DNA of 64,000 nucleotides from Candidatus Enterousia sp. (GTDB lineage Bacteria; Pseudomonadota; Alphaproteobacteria; Rs-D84): NCBI GenBank assembly GCA_045617905.1, contig JAZLJO010000003.1, positions 3,988 to 67,987 of the forward strand, read 5' to 3'. Shown piece by piece: positions 56,531 to 64,000 of this stretch (position 1 is its first letter; each line of letters starts with the position of its first letter). The notes under the pieces were generated by a model. It saw only the letters and a program-made list of their open reading frames with translations, ran no database searches and was not told where the DNA came from. The position numbers and the translations under genes were made by a program.

Positions 56531-57827
56531 AATATCTACTGCTGTTTTTTTTATGTTTTCATTATCGTTCACAATGATTGCACATGCTGCAACATTGATT
56601 AATGATACCGAAATAGAACATGTATTAAACGAATTGATAACACCATTGGCAACCGCCGCACATATTCCAGATAACAGATTAAAAATTCATATTATAAACG
56701 ATGATGATTTTAACGCATTTGTTGCAGGCGGGGATGATATATATGTATACACGGGACTGTTAACAAAAATAAAATCACCAAACGCACTACAGGCCGTAAT
56801 TGCACATGAATTGGGACACACATTGGGGGGGCATATGGTCCAAATGTCTGCACGATTGGATGCAGAAATGAAACGGGCAATGATTATCCAAGCATTAGGA
56901 ATCGGTTTAATGGCATTTGGTCAGAATTCATCGTTGGGGGCAGGTGTGTTGGCTGGGGCCAGCGGTGTGACAACACAATCAATGCTGTCTTTTTCACGCG
57001 ATGAAGAACGTATAGCTGATAATATGGGTTTAGATTTAATGATTCGGGCCGGGTTAAACCCAAATGGATTCATTCAGGTTTTTGAACAAATGACAGAGAC
57101 CACATCCGCAGCCGAGGCCCATATAAACCCAAACCGCATAAATCACCCATTAACACGTGAACGATTAAAAAATATTCGTGATCGTATAAATAACATGGAA
57201 CAAACCACAAAAGCAAATAATACAAACAATACACAATACGAATTAATCCGTGCAAAATTAATTGGATACTTAGACAACACAGCCCGCGTTAAAATATTGT
57301 ATCCAAGTGAAGATAAATCTGATGCCGCAATTTACGCACGTGCAATATCTGCAATGCGTTCCGGTCGATTAAATGCCGCACGTGTTGGTGTAAAAACTTT
57401 AATATCACGAATACCACAAAACCCCTATTTTTACGAATTATTGGGGGATATCGAATACCAATCAGGCCAATATGATGCCAGTATTGATTCCTATACACAT
57501 AGCCTTAAATTATCAAACAACGCCCCCCAAATACAAACAGCACTAGCACTGGTATTAACCGAACGCAAAAAGAAAGACGATATAAATAATGCAATTATAC
57601 TGGCAAAACAATCGTTATTAATTGCACCATCGCCATTAACATATTTGGTATTGGCCCGGGCATATACCGATGGTCGATCTGATTGGGCCCGGGCAGAATA
57701 TTACAATTTATTGGGCGATACCAAACAGGCAAAAACATATGCAAAACGGGCAAAAAAAACCTTAAAAAAAGATTGTCCAGAATACATAAAATCAGATGAC
57801 ATATTGTCACAACCAGATAAAAATTAA
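56523..57827 (+). CDS. M48-family zinc metalloprotease with TPR domain (BepA-like)
   Basis: HELGHTLGGH and a C-terminal TPR-like region. Start uncertain: GTG 56523 gives the signal peptide (M)YKISTAVFFMFSLSFTMIAHA, whereas the track ORF starts at TTG 56502. Confidence 0.75.
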   Translation: MYKISTAVFFMFSLSFTMIAHAATLINDTEIEHVLNELITPLATAAHIPDNRLKIHIINDDDFNAFVAGGDDIYVYTGLLTKIKSPNALQAVIAHELGHTLGGHMVQMSARLDAEMKRAMIIQALGIGLMAFGQNSSLGAGVLAGASGVTTQSMLSFSRDEERIADNMGLDLMIRAGLNPNGFIQVFEQMTETTSAAEAHINPNRINHPLTRERLKNIRDRINNMEQTTKANNTNNTQYELIRAKLIGYLDNTARVKILYPSEDKSDAAIYARAISAMRSGRLNAARVGVKTLISRIPQNPYFYELLGDIEYQSGQYDASIDSYTHSLKLSNNAPQIQTALALVLTERKKKDDINNAIILAKQSLLIAPSPLTYLVLARAYTDGRSDWARAEYYNLLGDTKQAKTYAKRAKKTLKKDCPEYIKSDDILSQPDKN

Positions 57828-57856
57828 CCAAATTGTCTAATTTTTTATGCAAATCC

Positions 57857-57885
57857 TTGACTTTTTTAATAAAAAATATTATATT
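57857..57885 (+). promoter_or_regulatory. sigma70-like promoter for rplU-rpmA
   Basis: TTGACT, 17-nt spacer, TATATT. Confidence 0.45.
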
Positions 57886-57939
57886 TGCATCAGTTTTTAA
57901 CAAAAACATTAACAAGAACAAAAATATAAGAGAAAGAAA

Positions 57940-58239
57940 ATGAGCGATTTTGCAATCTTTCAAACAGGCGGAAAACAATACCGTGTCCAAGCGGGCGATA
58001 TTGTAAAGGTTGAAAAACTGAATGCCGAAGGGACAGTCGAATTCGACCAAGTCTTGATGATTGGCGACAAAATTGGTACACCTTTAATTAATGGTGCCAA
58101 GGTTATTGCCCAAGTTATTGAACAAAAACGCAACGATAAAGTTTTGGTTTTTAAAAAGAAACGTCGCCAAAATTATCGTCGCACCAAAGGTCATCGTCAA
58201 TTTGTGACTGTTCTAAAAATCACGGAAATCAAGGGCTAA
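57940..58239 (+). CDS. rplU: 50S ribosomal protein L21
   Basis: FAIFQTGGKQYRVQAGDIVKVEKL...KKRRQNYRRTKGHRQ. Confidence 0.95.
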   Translation: MSDFAIFQTGGKQYRVQAGDIVKVEKLNAEGTVEFDQVLMIGDKIGTPLINGAKVIAQVIEQKRNDKVLVFKKKRRQNYRRTKGHRQFVTVLKITEIKG

Positions 58240-58271
58240 ATAAAACCCTGAATATCCAAAGGAGTTAAATT

Positions 58272-58535
58272 ATGGCACATAAGAAAGCAGGTTCAGCGAC
58301 CACAAATGGACGCGACTCGGAAGGACGCAGACTGGGTATAAAAAAATCCGGTGGCAGCCATGTTATCCCAGGTAACATCATCATTCGTCAACGTGGCACT
58401 TCGGTCCACCCAGGTTTGAATGTTGGCATGGGTAAAGATCATACATTATTCGCAAAGATTGCGGGTATTGTTAAGTTCAAACGCGGTAACGGTGATCGCA
58501 AAACTGTGTTTATTGAACCAGATGAAGCAAAATAA
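58272..58535 (+). CDS. rpmA: 50S ribosomal protein L27
   Basis: [25 protein letters not shown]...[22 protein letters not shown]. Confidence 0.95.
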   Translation: MAHKKAGSATTNGRDSEGRRLGIKKSGGSHVIPGNIIIRQRGTSVHPGLNVGMGKDHTLFAKIAGIVKFKRGNGDRKTVFIEPDEAK

Positions 58536-58536
58536 A

Positions 58537-58561
58537 AAATGCCCCACACGGGGCATTTTTC
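58537..58561 (+). terminator. rho-independent terminator after rpmA
   Basis: ATGCCCC-acac-GGGGCAT followed by tttt. Confidence 0.6.
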
Positions 58562-58626
58562 ATTATTATAATTAAAAAAATTAAATTAATCACCTTTGCA
58601 AGCCCCGGGGTATTGTTTGCAAGAAT

Positions 58627-58652
58627 AAAAACGCCACAATTGTGGCGTTTTT
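58627..58652. terminator. bidirectional hairpin terminator
   Basis: aaaaACGCCACAATTGTGGCGTtttt between convergent genes. Confidence 0.55.
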
Positions 58653-58669
58653 ACCTTATTCATTAATAT

Positions 58670-60811
58670 TTAATTCGTTTTATTAGAATCATCCCACTCT
58701 TCCCCAGTAGAATTCTTCGTCCAATTTCGAACACCTTCTATCCCAACATTCTGCAAACATGCTTCACGCATTCCGGCACTGCTCTTTTCATCCTTGCCTT
58801 CTGCATACGTTTTACTCAAAATTTCATTTAATGTTATAACGTTGCGACAGGTATTCTCTTCATATATTTCAGAATTTACACAATTGGCGGCACCTGCATC
58901 ACGATTAACAACCGCTGTTAACTTGTTATTTGGAGCATCACACACCATCGTTTCATAACAATGTGGAACATTTGCAACCTGTTGACAATACGTTTTTATA
59001 CGTGATGTCGACCAATTTTTATTTGTTTCAGCGGCATCCGTATAACAATCATATAATTCAGACAAACATTCATTAAAGTTACTGCGGGCCGCGGCAAATT
59101 CTGTTGCAATTGTCTGTTCTGCTTCCTGAACAAATTCCAACCGCTTTTGTTGTAATGCCTGTTGTGCGGCAACCTTTTGATAACCTATATTTTGTGCGGT
59201 TGTTCGTAATTGTTCGCCATACGCATCACAATCGGCATTTGCATCTAACAAATATTTATTCATAACACTGCGACGGGCATCCGCAACCGGCCCCCGCAAT
59301 GATGCATACGGATCACCGGATGCAGATGTATAACCAAAACACGTGGCACTGACATTAACCGAATTACTGTTTGTACCACGTTCAACCAATGTTATATCGC
59401 CCGCGGATGATACGTTAATTTTACTGTTATAATTATATGGACAATTTGACGTATTGCCATTGGCACATTTACCACCACTGGGTGGTGTACCACAACCTTC
59501 GTATATACCATTAAAACACGAATCTAAGACGCGACTGCATACATTATTATGTGCATACGCAAACAAATCATATCCCCATGTTTCAGCCAAACTGTCCTGT
59601 AAAGAATCAGAATTATTTAATGAACCACTGATACCCGACATATTGGAAACAACATTCGACAAATTACTGAACGCATCTGTTAATTGTGTTGTATTATCTG
59701 TTAATATCGTTAACGTTGACTCCTTAGCCTCTGCCCATGATTTCAGCGATGCCATAATATCACTGGAATTACCATCGATATTTTTTACATCAAACCCAAA
59801 TGTATTTCCCTTTTCCTCACAATAGCTTGGCTTTGTACAGGTTGAAATTTCTCCACCATTTTGAGCATACATCCCATGATTTGTACACCATTCCTTAGCC
59901 TGCGTCGAACTGGTTCCATATCTATCTGTAACATCTTTCCATGATACACAATTCATAACCTTTTCCGCGTCTGTTAACTGAAATGCACTGCTAACATCTT
60001 TACCTTTGTTCGCAATCAACAGTGCCAATTCACCCGACACCTTTATCAATTCTTCATTTGCCGTTTCAAGTGCCGTTTCGGCTTCAGCAAATGCTTTAAC
60101 ACGTCCCGCACACGCACAACGACGTTGTGCAGCATTACGCGCCGTACAAATCTCGTCCATACACGTATAGTACGCCTCTAAACACGTGGAATATGCATCT
60201 GCCGAAATCAAACCTGTTTGCGAATCAATAATATTTGAATAATTACCGGCATACAATTTTCCCTGCAAATACGTATAATTATTTGTTATACCCGTCGAAC
60301 TGCCACGAATGGCCGTACCCTGCAATGAAATACGTGACTGGGTTGTCCGTGCATTTACCCCCGTACGTGCACGAACTGAACGATTTGCAGATGTCGAAAC
60401 CTTTGTCGTTGCATTATTACGTCCCGCAATATTTGTTCTGCTGCGCGACGAAACCCCACGTACGGCTGTTGTTTCCGTGGGTGTATTTGTGATATTCGTT
60501 GAACGTGTCGTCGATACCTGATTACGCGATGCAACACCACGCCCCGCAACGGACGATGTCGCCCGATTACCACCAGAATTCACAACCCTGTTGTTGGTTG
60601 TCGTACGTGCAGTCGTCGTATTGCGACGCATATTGTTAACACGTGGCGACATATTCCCCGTTGGTTGATTTGTTGCACTAACCGGTGCAATCGGATCCGC
60701 CAACACCGACCGCATTGACAATAACGTAGAACAAACAAAAAACGCACCCGCCAGCAGAAACATTGTTCCAACCGCATTTTTATAAATTTCTGTGCCATTA
60801 TGTTTTTTCAT
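58670..60811 (-). CDS. secreted Cys-rich (Cx6C-module) protein with basic Arg/Thr/Asn/Ser-rich N-terminal region
   Basis: Start at MKKHNGTEIYKNAVGTMFLLAGAFFVCSTLL (GGAG ribosome-binding site). A promoter and the upstream gene's terminator lie inside the longer track ORF. Cx6C modules include CLEAYYTC, CSRVLDSC and CLSELYDC. Confidence 0.75.
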   Translation of the reverse strand: MKKHNGTEIYKNAVGTMFLLAGAFFVCSTLLSMRSVLADPIAPVSATNQPTGNMSPRVNNMRRNTTTARTTTNNRVVNSGGNRATSSVAGRGVASRNQVSTTRSTNITNTPTETTAVRGVSSRSRTNIAGRNNATTKVSTSANRSVRARTGVNARTTQSRISLQGTAIRGSSTGITNNYTYLQGKLYAGNYSNIIDSQTGLISADAYSTCLEAYYTCMDEICTARNAAQRRCACAGRVKAFAEAETALETANEELIKVSGELALLIANKGKDVSSAFQLTDAEKVMNCVSWKDVTDRYGTSSTQAKEWCTNHGMYAQNGGEISTCTKPSYCEEKGNTFGFDVKNIDGNSSDIMASLKSWAEAKESTLTILTDNTTQLTDAFSNLSNVVSNMSGISGSLNNSDSLQDSLAETWGYDLFAYAHNNVCSRVLDSCFNGIYEGCGTPPSGGKCANGNTSNCPYNYNSKINVSSAGDITLVERGTNSNSVNVSATCFGYTSASGDPYASLRGPVADARRSVMNKYLLDANADCDAYGEQLRTTAQNIGYQKVAAQQALQQKRLEFVQEAEQTIATEFAAARSNFNECLSELYDCYTDAAETNKNWSTSRIKTYCQQVANVPHCYETMVCDAPNNKLTAVVNRDAGAANCVNSEIYEENTCRNVITLNEILSKTYAEGKDEKSSAGMREACLQNVGIEGVRNWTKNSTGEEWDDSNKTN

Positions 60812-60875
60812 AAATACTCTCCATGTGGGGGCTAAATATGCTTTTGCAATTAAATAATTGCGCCCATATGTTGCT

Positions 60876-60904
60876 ATTATACCATTTTTTACAACATCTG
60901 TAAA
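60876..60904 (-). promoter_or_regulatory. sigma70-like promoter with extended -10 for the 750-aa-ORF gene
   Basis: The minus strand reads TTTACA, 17-nt spacer, (TGg)TATAAT. Confidence 0.45.
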
Positions 60905-60930
60905 CAAGAAAACCCGCATCAAATGCGGGC
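60905..60930 (-). terminator. hairpin terminator after 60937-61380
   Basis: CCCGCAT-caa-ATGCGGG with a T-rich run on the minus strand. Confidence 0.45.
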
Positions 60931-60936
60931 AATCAA

Positions 60937-61380
60937 TTACAACAATGGTTTCAATGCCTGACCTGTCTGTTTAACACTGTCTGACACCTGTTTTACCCCC
61001 GCTTTTACCCCTTGGGCAGAATTTTTTACATTTTGAATTTTTGCATTTATTTCTGCCTGTTTTGCGGTTCCGGCTTCATTAATTGCCGCATGTCCAGTTG
61101 TCAAATTTGATTTTACCTTATCAACCTTTGTTTTTATACTGTTTTTCACGAATTTAGCACATTTATCAGATAATTTTGATACATTTTCCATCAAACATTC
61201 TTGCATCGTTTTCTGTCCCAATAAAATTTCTGGACAAATGGTGGTTATCTCGTCCGTATTACATGCCTGGGCCAATGTAGTCGGCTCAGGGTTTTTATTA
61301 AATAAATTTGAAAACCAACCCGCATTTACAGACGTTGTCGCCATAATACAGGCCATACTAATAACAATATTTTTTTTCAT
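60937..61380 (-). CDS. hypothetical secreted protein (4 Cys, Lys-rich helical C-terminus)
   Basis: Signal peptide MKKNIVISMACIMATTSVNA; no motif recognised. Confidence 0.5.
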   Translation of the reverse strand: MKKNIVISMACIMATTSVNAGWFSNLFNKNPEPTTLAQACNTDEITTICPEILLGQKTMQECLMENVSKLSDKCAKFVKNSIKTKVDKVKSNLTTGHAAINEAGTAKQAEINAKIQNVKNSAQGVKAGVKQVSDSVKQTGQALKPLL

Positions 61381-61475
61381 TTTAGCCCCCTTTCATACAT
61401 ATCCTAAGAATATATTCAGCCTTGGTCAACAAATTTATTTTTGCAATAAAAAAATTCATCGTTATAATTCATCTT

Positions 61476-62036
61476 ATGACAAAATATCATTCAGTACTTT
61501 TGGCTGTAATTACTGCGATTACTACGGGAACATCAAACGCAAATGTTATGTTTACACCCGATACCCAAAACAGTATCGCAATGTATATGGCACAAAGTAC
61601 AGGTGACGGAACATTATTCAAATTATTTGCACCAAACATGTGGGATTTCTTGCCCCAGACATTGTTTTTGGTCCAATACAGCCAACCAACCGAAATCTTT
61701 CGATTGGATGCACGAATAAATTTGAACATGGTCCAAAACCTTGGATATAATGGTGGGCACGGTCTATCATTTTTCGGAATTGGTATTTCATGGGACGTGG
61801 CATTATTACAATACCATGGACTGTATATGGGGATAGGGATGGGGCCATATATGCGTGATGAACGTGATCGTTGGGTTGACAGTAGATTAGTATTCGGTGA
61901 AAAATTTTTTATTGGAAAAAATATTTCAAACACATTACGTGGCGAAATATTTACCTTACATTTTTCAAATGGTAATTTTACATATCCAAATCGTGGCTTT
62001 AATTTTGCTGGTCTGGCCATCACATACAGTTTTTAA
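61476..62036 (+). CDS. acyloxyacyl hydrolase / lipid A 3-O-deacylase (PagL-like) outer-membrane protein
   Basis: Signal peptide MTKYHSVLLAVITAITTGTSNA, beta-barrel-like alternation, and C-terminal HFSNGNFTYPNRGFNFAGLAITYSF (HxSNG catalytic motif and terminal aromatic residue). Confidence 0.7.
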   Translation: MTKYHSVLLAVITAITTGTSNANVMFTPDTQNSIAMYMAQSTGDGTLFKLFAPNMWDFLPQTLFLVQYSQPTEIFRLDARINLNMVQNLGYNGGHGLSFFGIGISWDVALLQYHGLYMGIGMGPYMRDERDRWVDSRLVFGEKFFIGKNISNTLRGEIFTLHFSNGNFTYPNRGFNFAGLAITYSF

Positions 62037-62065
62037 CAAAATTCTCTATTCAAAGGGTGTAAAAA

Positions 62066-62398
62066 ATGAATAATAAAAACAATTTAAAGCATAATCAAAA
62101 TGTAAACATAAATCCAAATATTATCAAATACATTATTAACGACATGTTAAAGGATTCTTGTGTCACTACTTCCCAATACGGTCCCTGTGAAGTCATAACT
62201 ATATCAACGCCAAATAAATTGGTTGAAAAATGCCGTATGGAGATTTTATATAAAACCTTAGCAAATAAAAATGGTATTCCACCAATTTTATCTGCCAATT
62301 TATTTATAAACGGCAAATCAAAATTATTAGATCAAAAATTAGCAAAAGAATTAATAAGCACTTGTAGTATCTATGTAGTCAATCAAAAAACACGTTAA
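62066..62398 (+). CDS. hypothetical protein
   Basis: 110-aa ORF with an AGGGTG ribosome-binding site; no motif recognised. Confidence 0.35.
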   Translation: MNNKNNLKHNQNVNINPNIIKYIINDMLKDSCVTTSQYGPCEVITISTPNKLVEKCRMEILYKTLANKNGIPPILSANLFINGKSKLLDQKLAKELISTCSIYVVNQKTR

Positions 62399-62402
62399 AA
62401 AT

Positions 62403-62996
62403 ATGTTAAATTTGTACACCCCCGAATTTATTACAAAACTAAACAGCCATTTGAATAATGGCGGGGTTATTGCTTTTCCAACTGATACAGTTTGGGGGTT
62501 GGGGGCATTACCAACACGAACAGGGGCAGATGCATTATTCAAAATAAAAAAACGCCCCACCAATAAACACCTGATTGTTATGTCAGATTGTTTGGAACAC
62601 ATAATGCCATATATGCAGAACTTTTCACCATACGCATTTAATTTGGCAAAAAAATATTGGCCGGGGGCTTTGACCATCGGCACCCAAGTATCTGGAAATG
62701 ACATCAGTATATTTGGTGGTGTTCGTGTTCCAAATTATAAACCATTTCATGATTTATGTGCTGTTATTACAGGACATTGTTTGGTTACATCATCAGCCAA
62801 TATTTCTGGCATGCAGCCATTGAATAATGCAACAGATATTCGCAAACAATTTCCAAATATAATTGTCATAGACAACGCATATCAACCAATGGGGGGGGCA
62901 CCCAGCACAGTCATTGTATTGGATGACAACGGAAAAATTACAACCGCACGTCAAGGTGCAGTTATATTGGACGCGACAGATGTAGACTGTCATTAA
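62403..62996 (+). CDS. tsaC: L-threonylcarbamoyladenylate synthase (TsaC/YrdC family)
   Basis: GGVIAFPTDTVWGLGA, KKRPTNKHLIVM, TSSANISG. Confidence 0.85.
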   Translation: MLNLYTPEFITKLNSHLNNGGVIAFPTDTVWGLGALPTRTGADALFKIKKRPTNKHLIVMSDCLEHIMPYMQNFSPYAFNLAKKYWPGALTIGTQVSGNDISIFGGVRVPNYKPFHDLCAVITGHCLVTSSANISGMQPLNNATDIRKQFPNIIVIDNAYQPMGGAPSTVIVLDDNGKITTARQGAVILDATDVDCH

Positions 62997-63501
62997 TAAC
63001 AAAACGCCACAATAAATCTGAATCTGAACCAGCAAAATCAATTCCAATTCGTCTCAAAGACACAATTTCAGGTATTGTATCTCTATTTTCTAGCCACATA
63101 TTTGAAGCCAAATCACACAAATCTAATTTATTATCATGACACGATATATTTAATTTACGGGTTAATTTTCCCGGTCCATTACATTCATCGTATTCCAATG
63201 CCCGTATAAACACCGCAGCCGCCACCCCAGATTTACCCACAACAACATTCAGCATGTTATACATTCCATAACATAAATACACGTATATATGTCCACCATC
63301 TAAAAACATCGCTTCATTTGCTTTTGTTTGTCGTCCAGCATACGCATGACACCCACGTTCTGATTCATGATATAATTCTACATCACATATCTTTGCCCGA
63401 ATAATCATCCCGTCTGGCATACGACGACATAAATATGTTCCCAACAATTTTTTAGCCATATCAATGGAATCATCCATAAAAAAATCACGCGATAAAATCA
63501 T
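62962..63501 (-). CDS. DNA-3-methyladenine glycosylase (Mpg/AAG family)
   Basis: LSRDFF....AKKLLG, ETE-like ELYHESERGCHAY, GGHIYVYLCYGMYNMLNVV, GPGKLTRKLNI. Start at internal Met 13 of the track ORF. Confidence 0.85.
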   Translation of the reverse strand: MILSRDFFMDDSIDMAKKLLGTYLCRRMPDGMIIRAKICDVELYHESERGCHAYAGRQTKANEAMFLDGGHIYVYLCYGMYNMLNVVVGKSGVAAAVFIRALEYDECNGPGKLTRKLNISCHDNKLDLCDLASNMWLENRDTIPEIVSLRRIGIDFAGSDSDLLWRFVINDSLHLSRPI

Positions 63502-63560
63502 ATTAAAATTATGCCATAAATCCCAATGCAAAAACAATTGATTGTGTAATAATACACATT

Positions 63561-64000
63561 ATGTCACAAACTGCAAATTTTAATCGTACTGGTGCCATGG
63601 TTTTAGGAATGCATGATGCAATTGTATCATTGACCGGTTTAATTATTGGTTTAGCCTTTACATCTGTATCACGCATTGAAATCATATTAACATGTATAAT
63701 TGCATCTGTCACCGCCAGTTTATCAATGGGGGCATCAAATTATTTGGCACATCGTGCCGAACAAAATTCACACGCATTACGTACCGCAGTTTATACCGGC
63801 ACCACATATTTTATAACGTGTCTATTACTGATATTGCCATTTATATTTATATACGACCGATTTTTAGCAACATTTTCAACACTTATAATGGCGTTACTTA
63901 TTATAACATTTTTTAATTTTTGGGCATCAAAATTAAATCATACAAAATTTTTACCCAGATTTATTGAAATGCTGTTTGTATGCGCAGGGATATCAATAAT
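63561..64000 (+). CDS. VIT1/CCC1-family membrane protein (3' end beyond the window)
   Basis: Not in the ORF track because no stop is reached. Own translation: MSQTANFNRTGAMVLGMHDAIVSLTGLIIGLAF...SMGASNYLAHRAEQ..., which fits the VIT-family pattern. Confidence 0.6.
   Translation, partial: MSQTANFNRTGAMVLGMHDAIVSLTGLIIGLAFTSVSRIEIILTCIIASVTASLSMGASNYLAHRAEQNSHALRTAVYTGTTYFITCLLLILPFIFIYDRFLATFSTLIMALLIITFFNFWASKLNHTKFLPRFIEMLFVCAGISI

Noticed and set aside
60812-60922. N-terminal extensions in the ORF track (60922 for the 750-aa ORF, and likewise 42831, 20477, 24680, 43911 and 32904)
   Set aside because: Each extension runs into an upstream terminator, promoter or neighbouring gene and lacks a ribosome-binding site. 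Internal Met codons with Shine-Dalgarno sequences, signal peptides or family-typical N-termini were preferred.
1-64000. CRISPR arrays, rRNA genes, transposases or integrases, and use of an alternative genetic code
   Set aside because: No spaced direct repeats were seen; the only repeats are short microsatellites. No IS-like inverted repeats or DDE or tyrosine recombinase motifs appear in any ORF. TAA, TAG and TGA all terminate well-conserved genes at the expected lengths, so the standard code applies. The TAG at 188 is therefore treated as a nonsense codon.

Overview
AT-rich (roughly 35-40% GC by eye) Gram-negative chromosomal segment. It is probably from a host-associated alphaproteobacterium, judging by a DUF4167 protein, skp-lpxD-fabZ, a MerR gene beside gyrA, and a scattered dcw cluster; I cannot verify this without a database search. 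About half the window is recognisable housekeeping: secA, gyrA, rpmH, valS, comF-like, murG, ftsW, mraY, PBP1A, rpmE, rluD, dnaX, an OmpA-like lipoprotein, skp, lpxD, fabZ, recG, an M48 protease, rplU, rpmA, a PagL-like deacylase, tsaC, a 3-methyladenine glycosylase, a VIT-family protein (cut by the window end) and one tRNA-Glu(CUC). Between these lie accessory blocks with no function I can assign. (1) 30946-38144 holds five paralogous polytopic membrane proteins. Four are translationally coupled and one is divergent and fused to a Gly/Ser-linked extracytoplasmic domain. They flank a perfect 12-bp palindrome and have no ATPase or enzyme partner. This is my best candidate for an undescribed membrane system; the nearest precedent is the tandem VirB6-like arrays of Rickettsiales. 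(2) 44879-48730 is an operon of three very large (400-450 aa) prepilin-signal proteins with a tail-fibre-like motif, followed by a Zn-ribbon/DUF3426 protein, with a small pilin at 50884. (3) A family of large secreted Cys-rich (Cx6C) and glycine-zipper proteins sits at 1895-5038, 39625-42804 and 58670-60811. One of them follows a partner gene whose signal peptide is out of frame across an (AGAT)n tetranucleotide tract, which looks like a phase-variation switch, and it is followed by a decayed HExxH module. Other items include an orphan RhuM-Fic/Doc gene, a BspA-type LRR protein, a catalytically degenerate SuhB/IMPase homologue, tandem kinase-like paralogues and a GC-rich REP-like palindrome. 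No CRISPR array, rRNA, transposase or integrase was seen. All product calls rest on motif recognition by eye; start codons are often uncertain.
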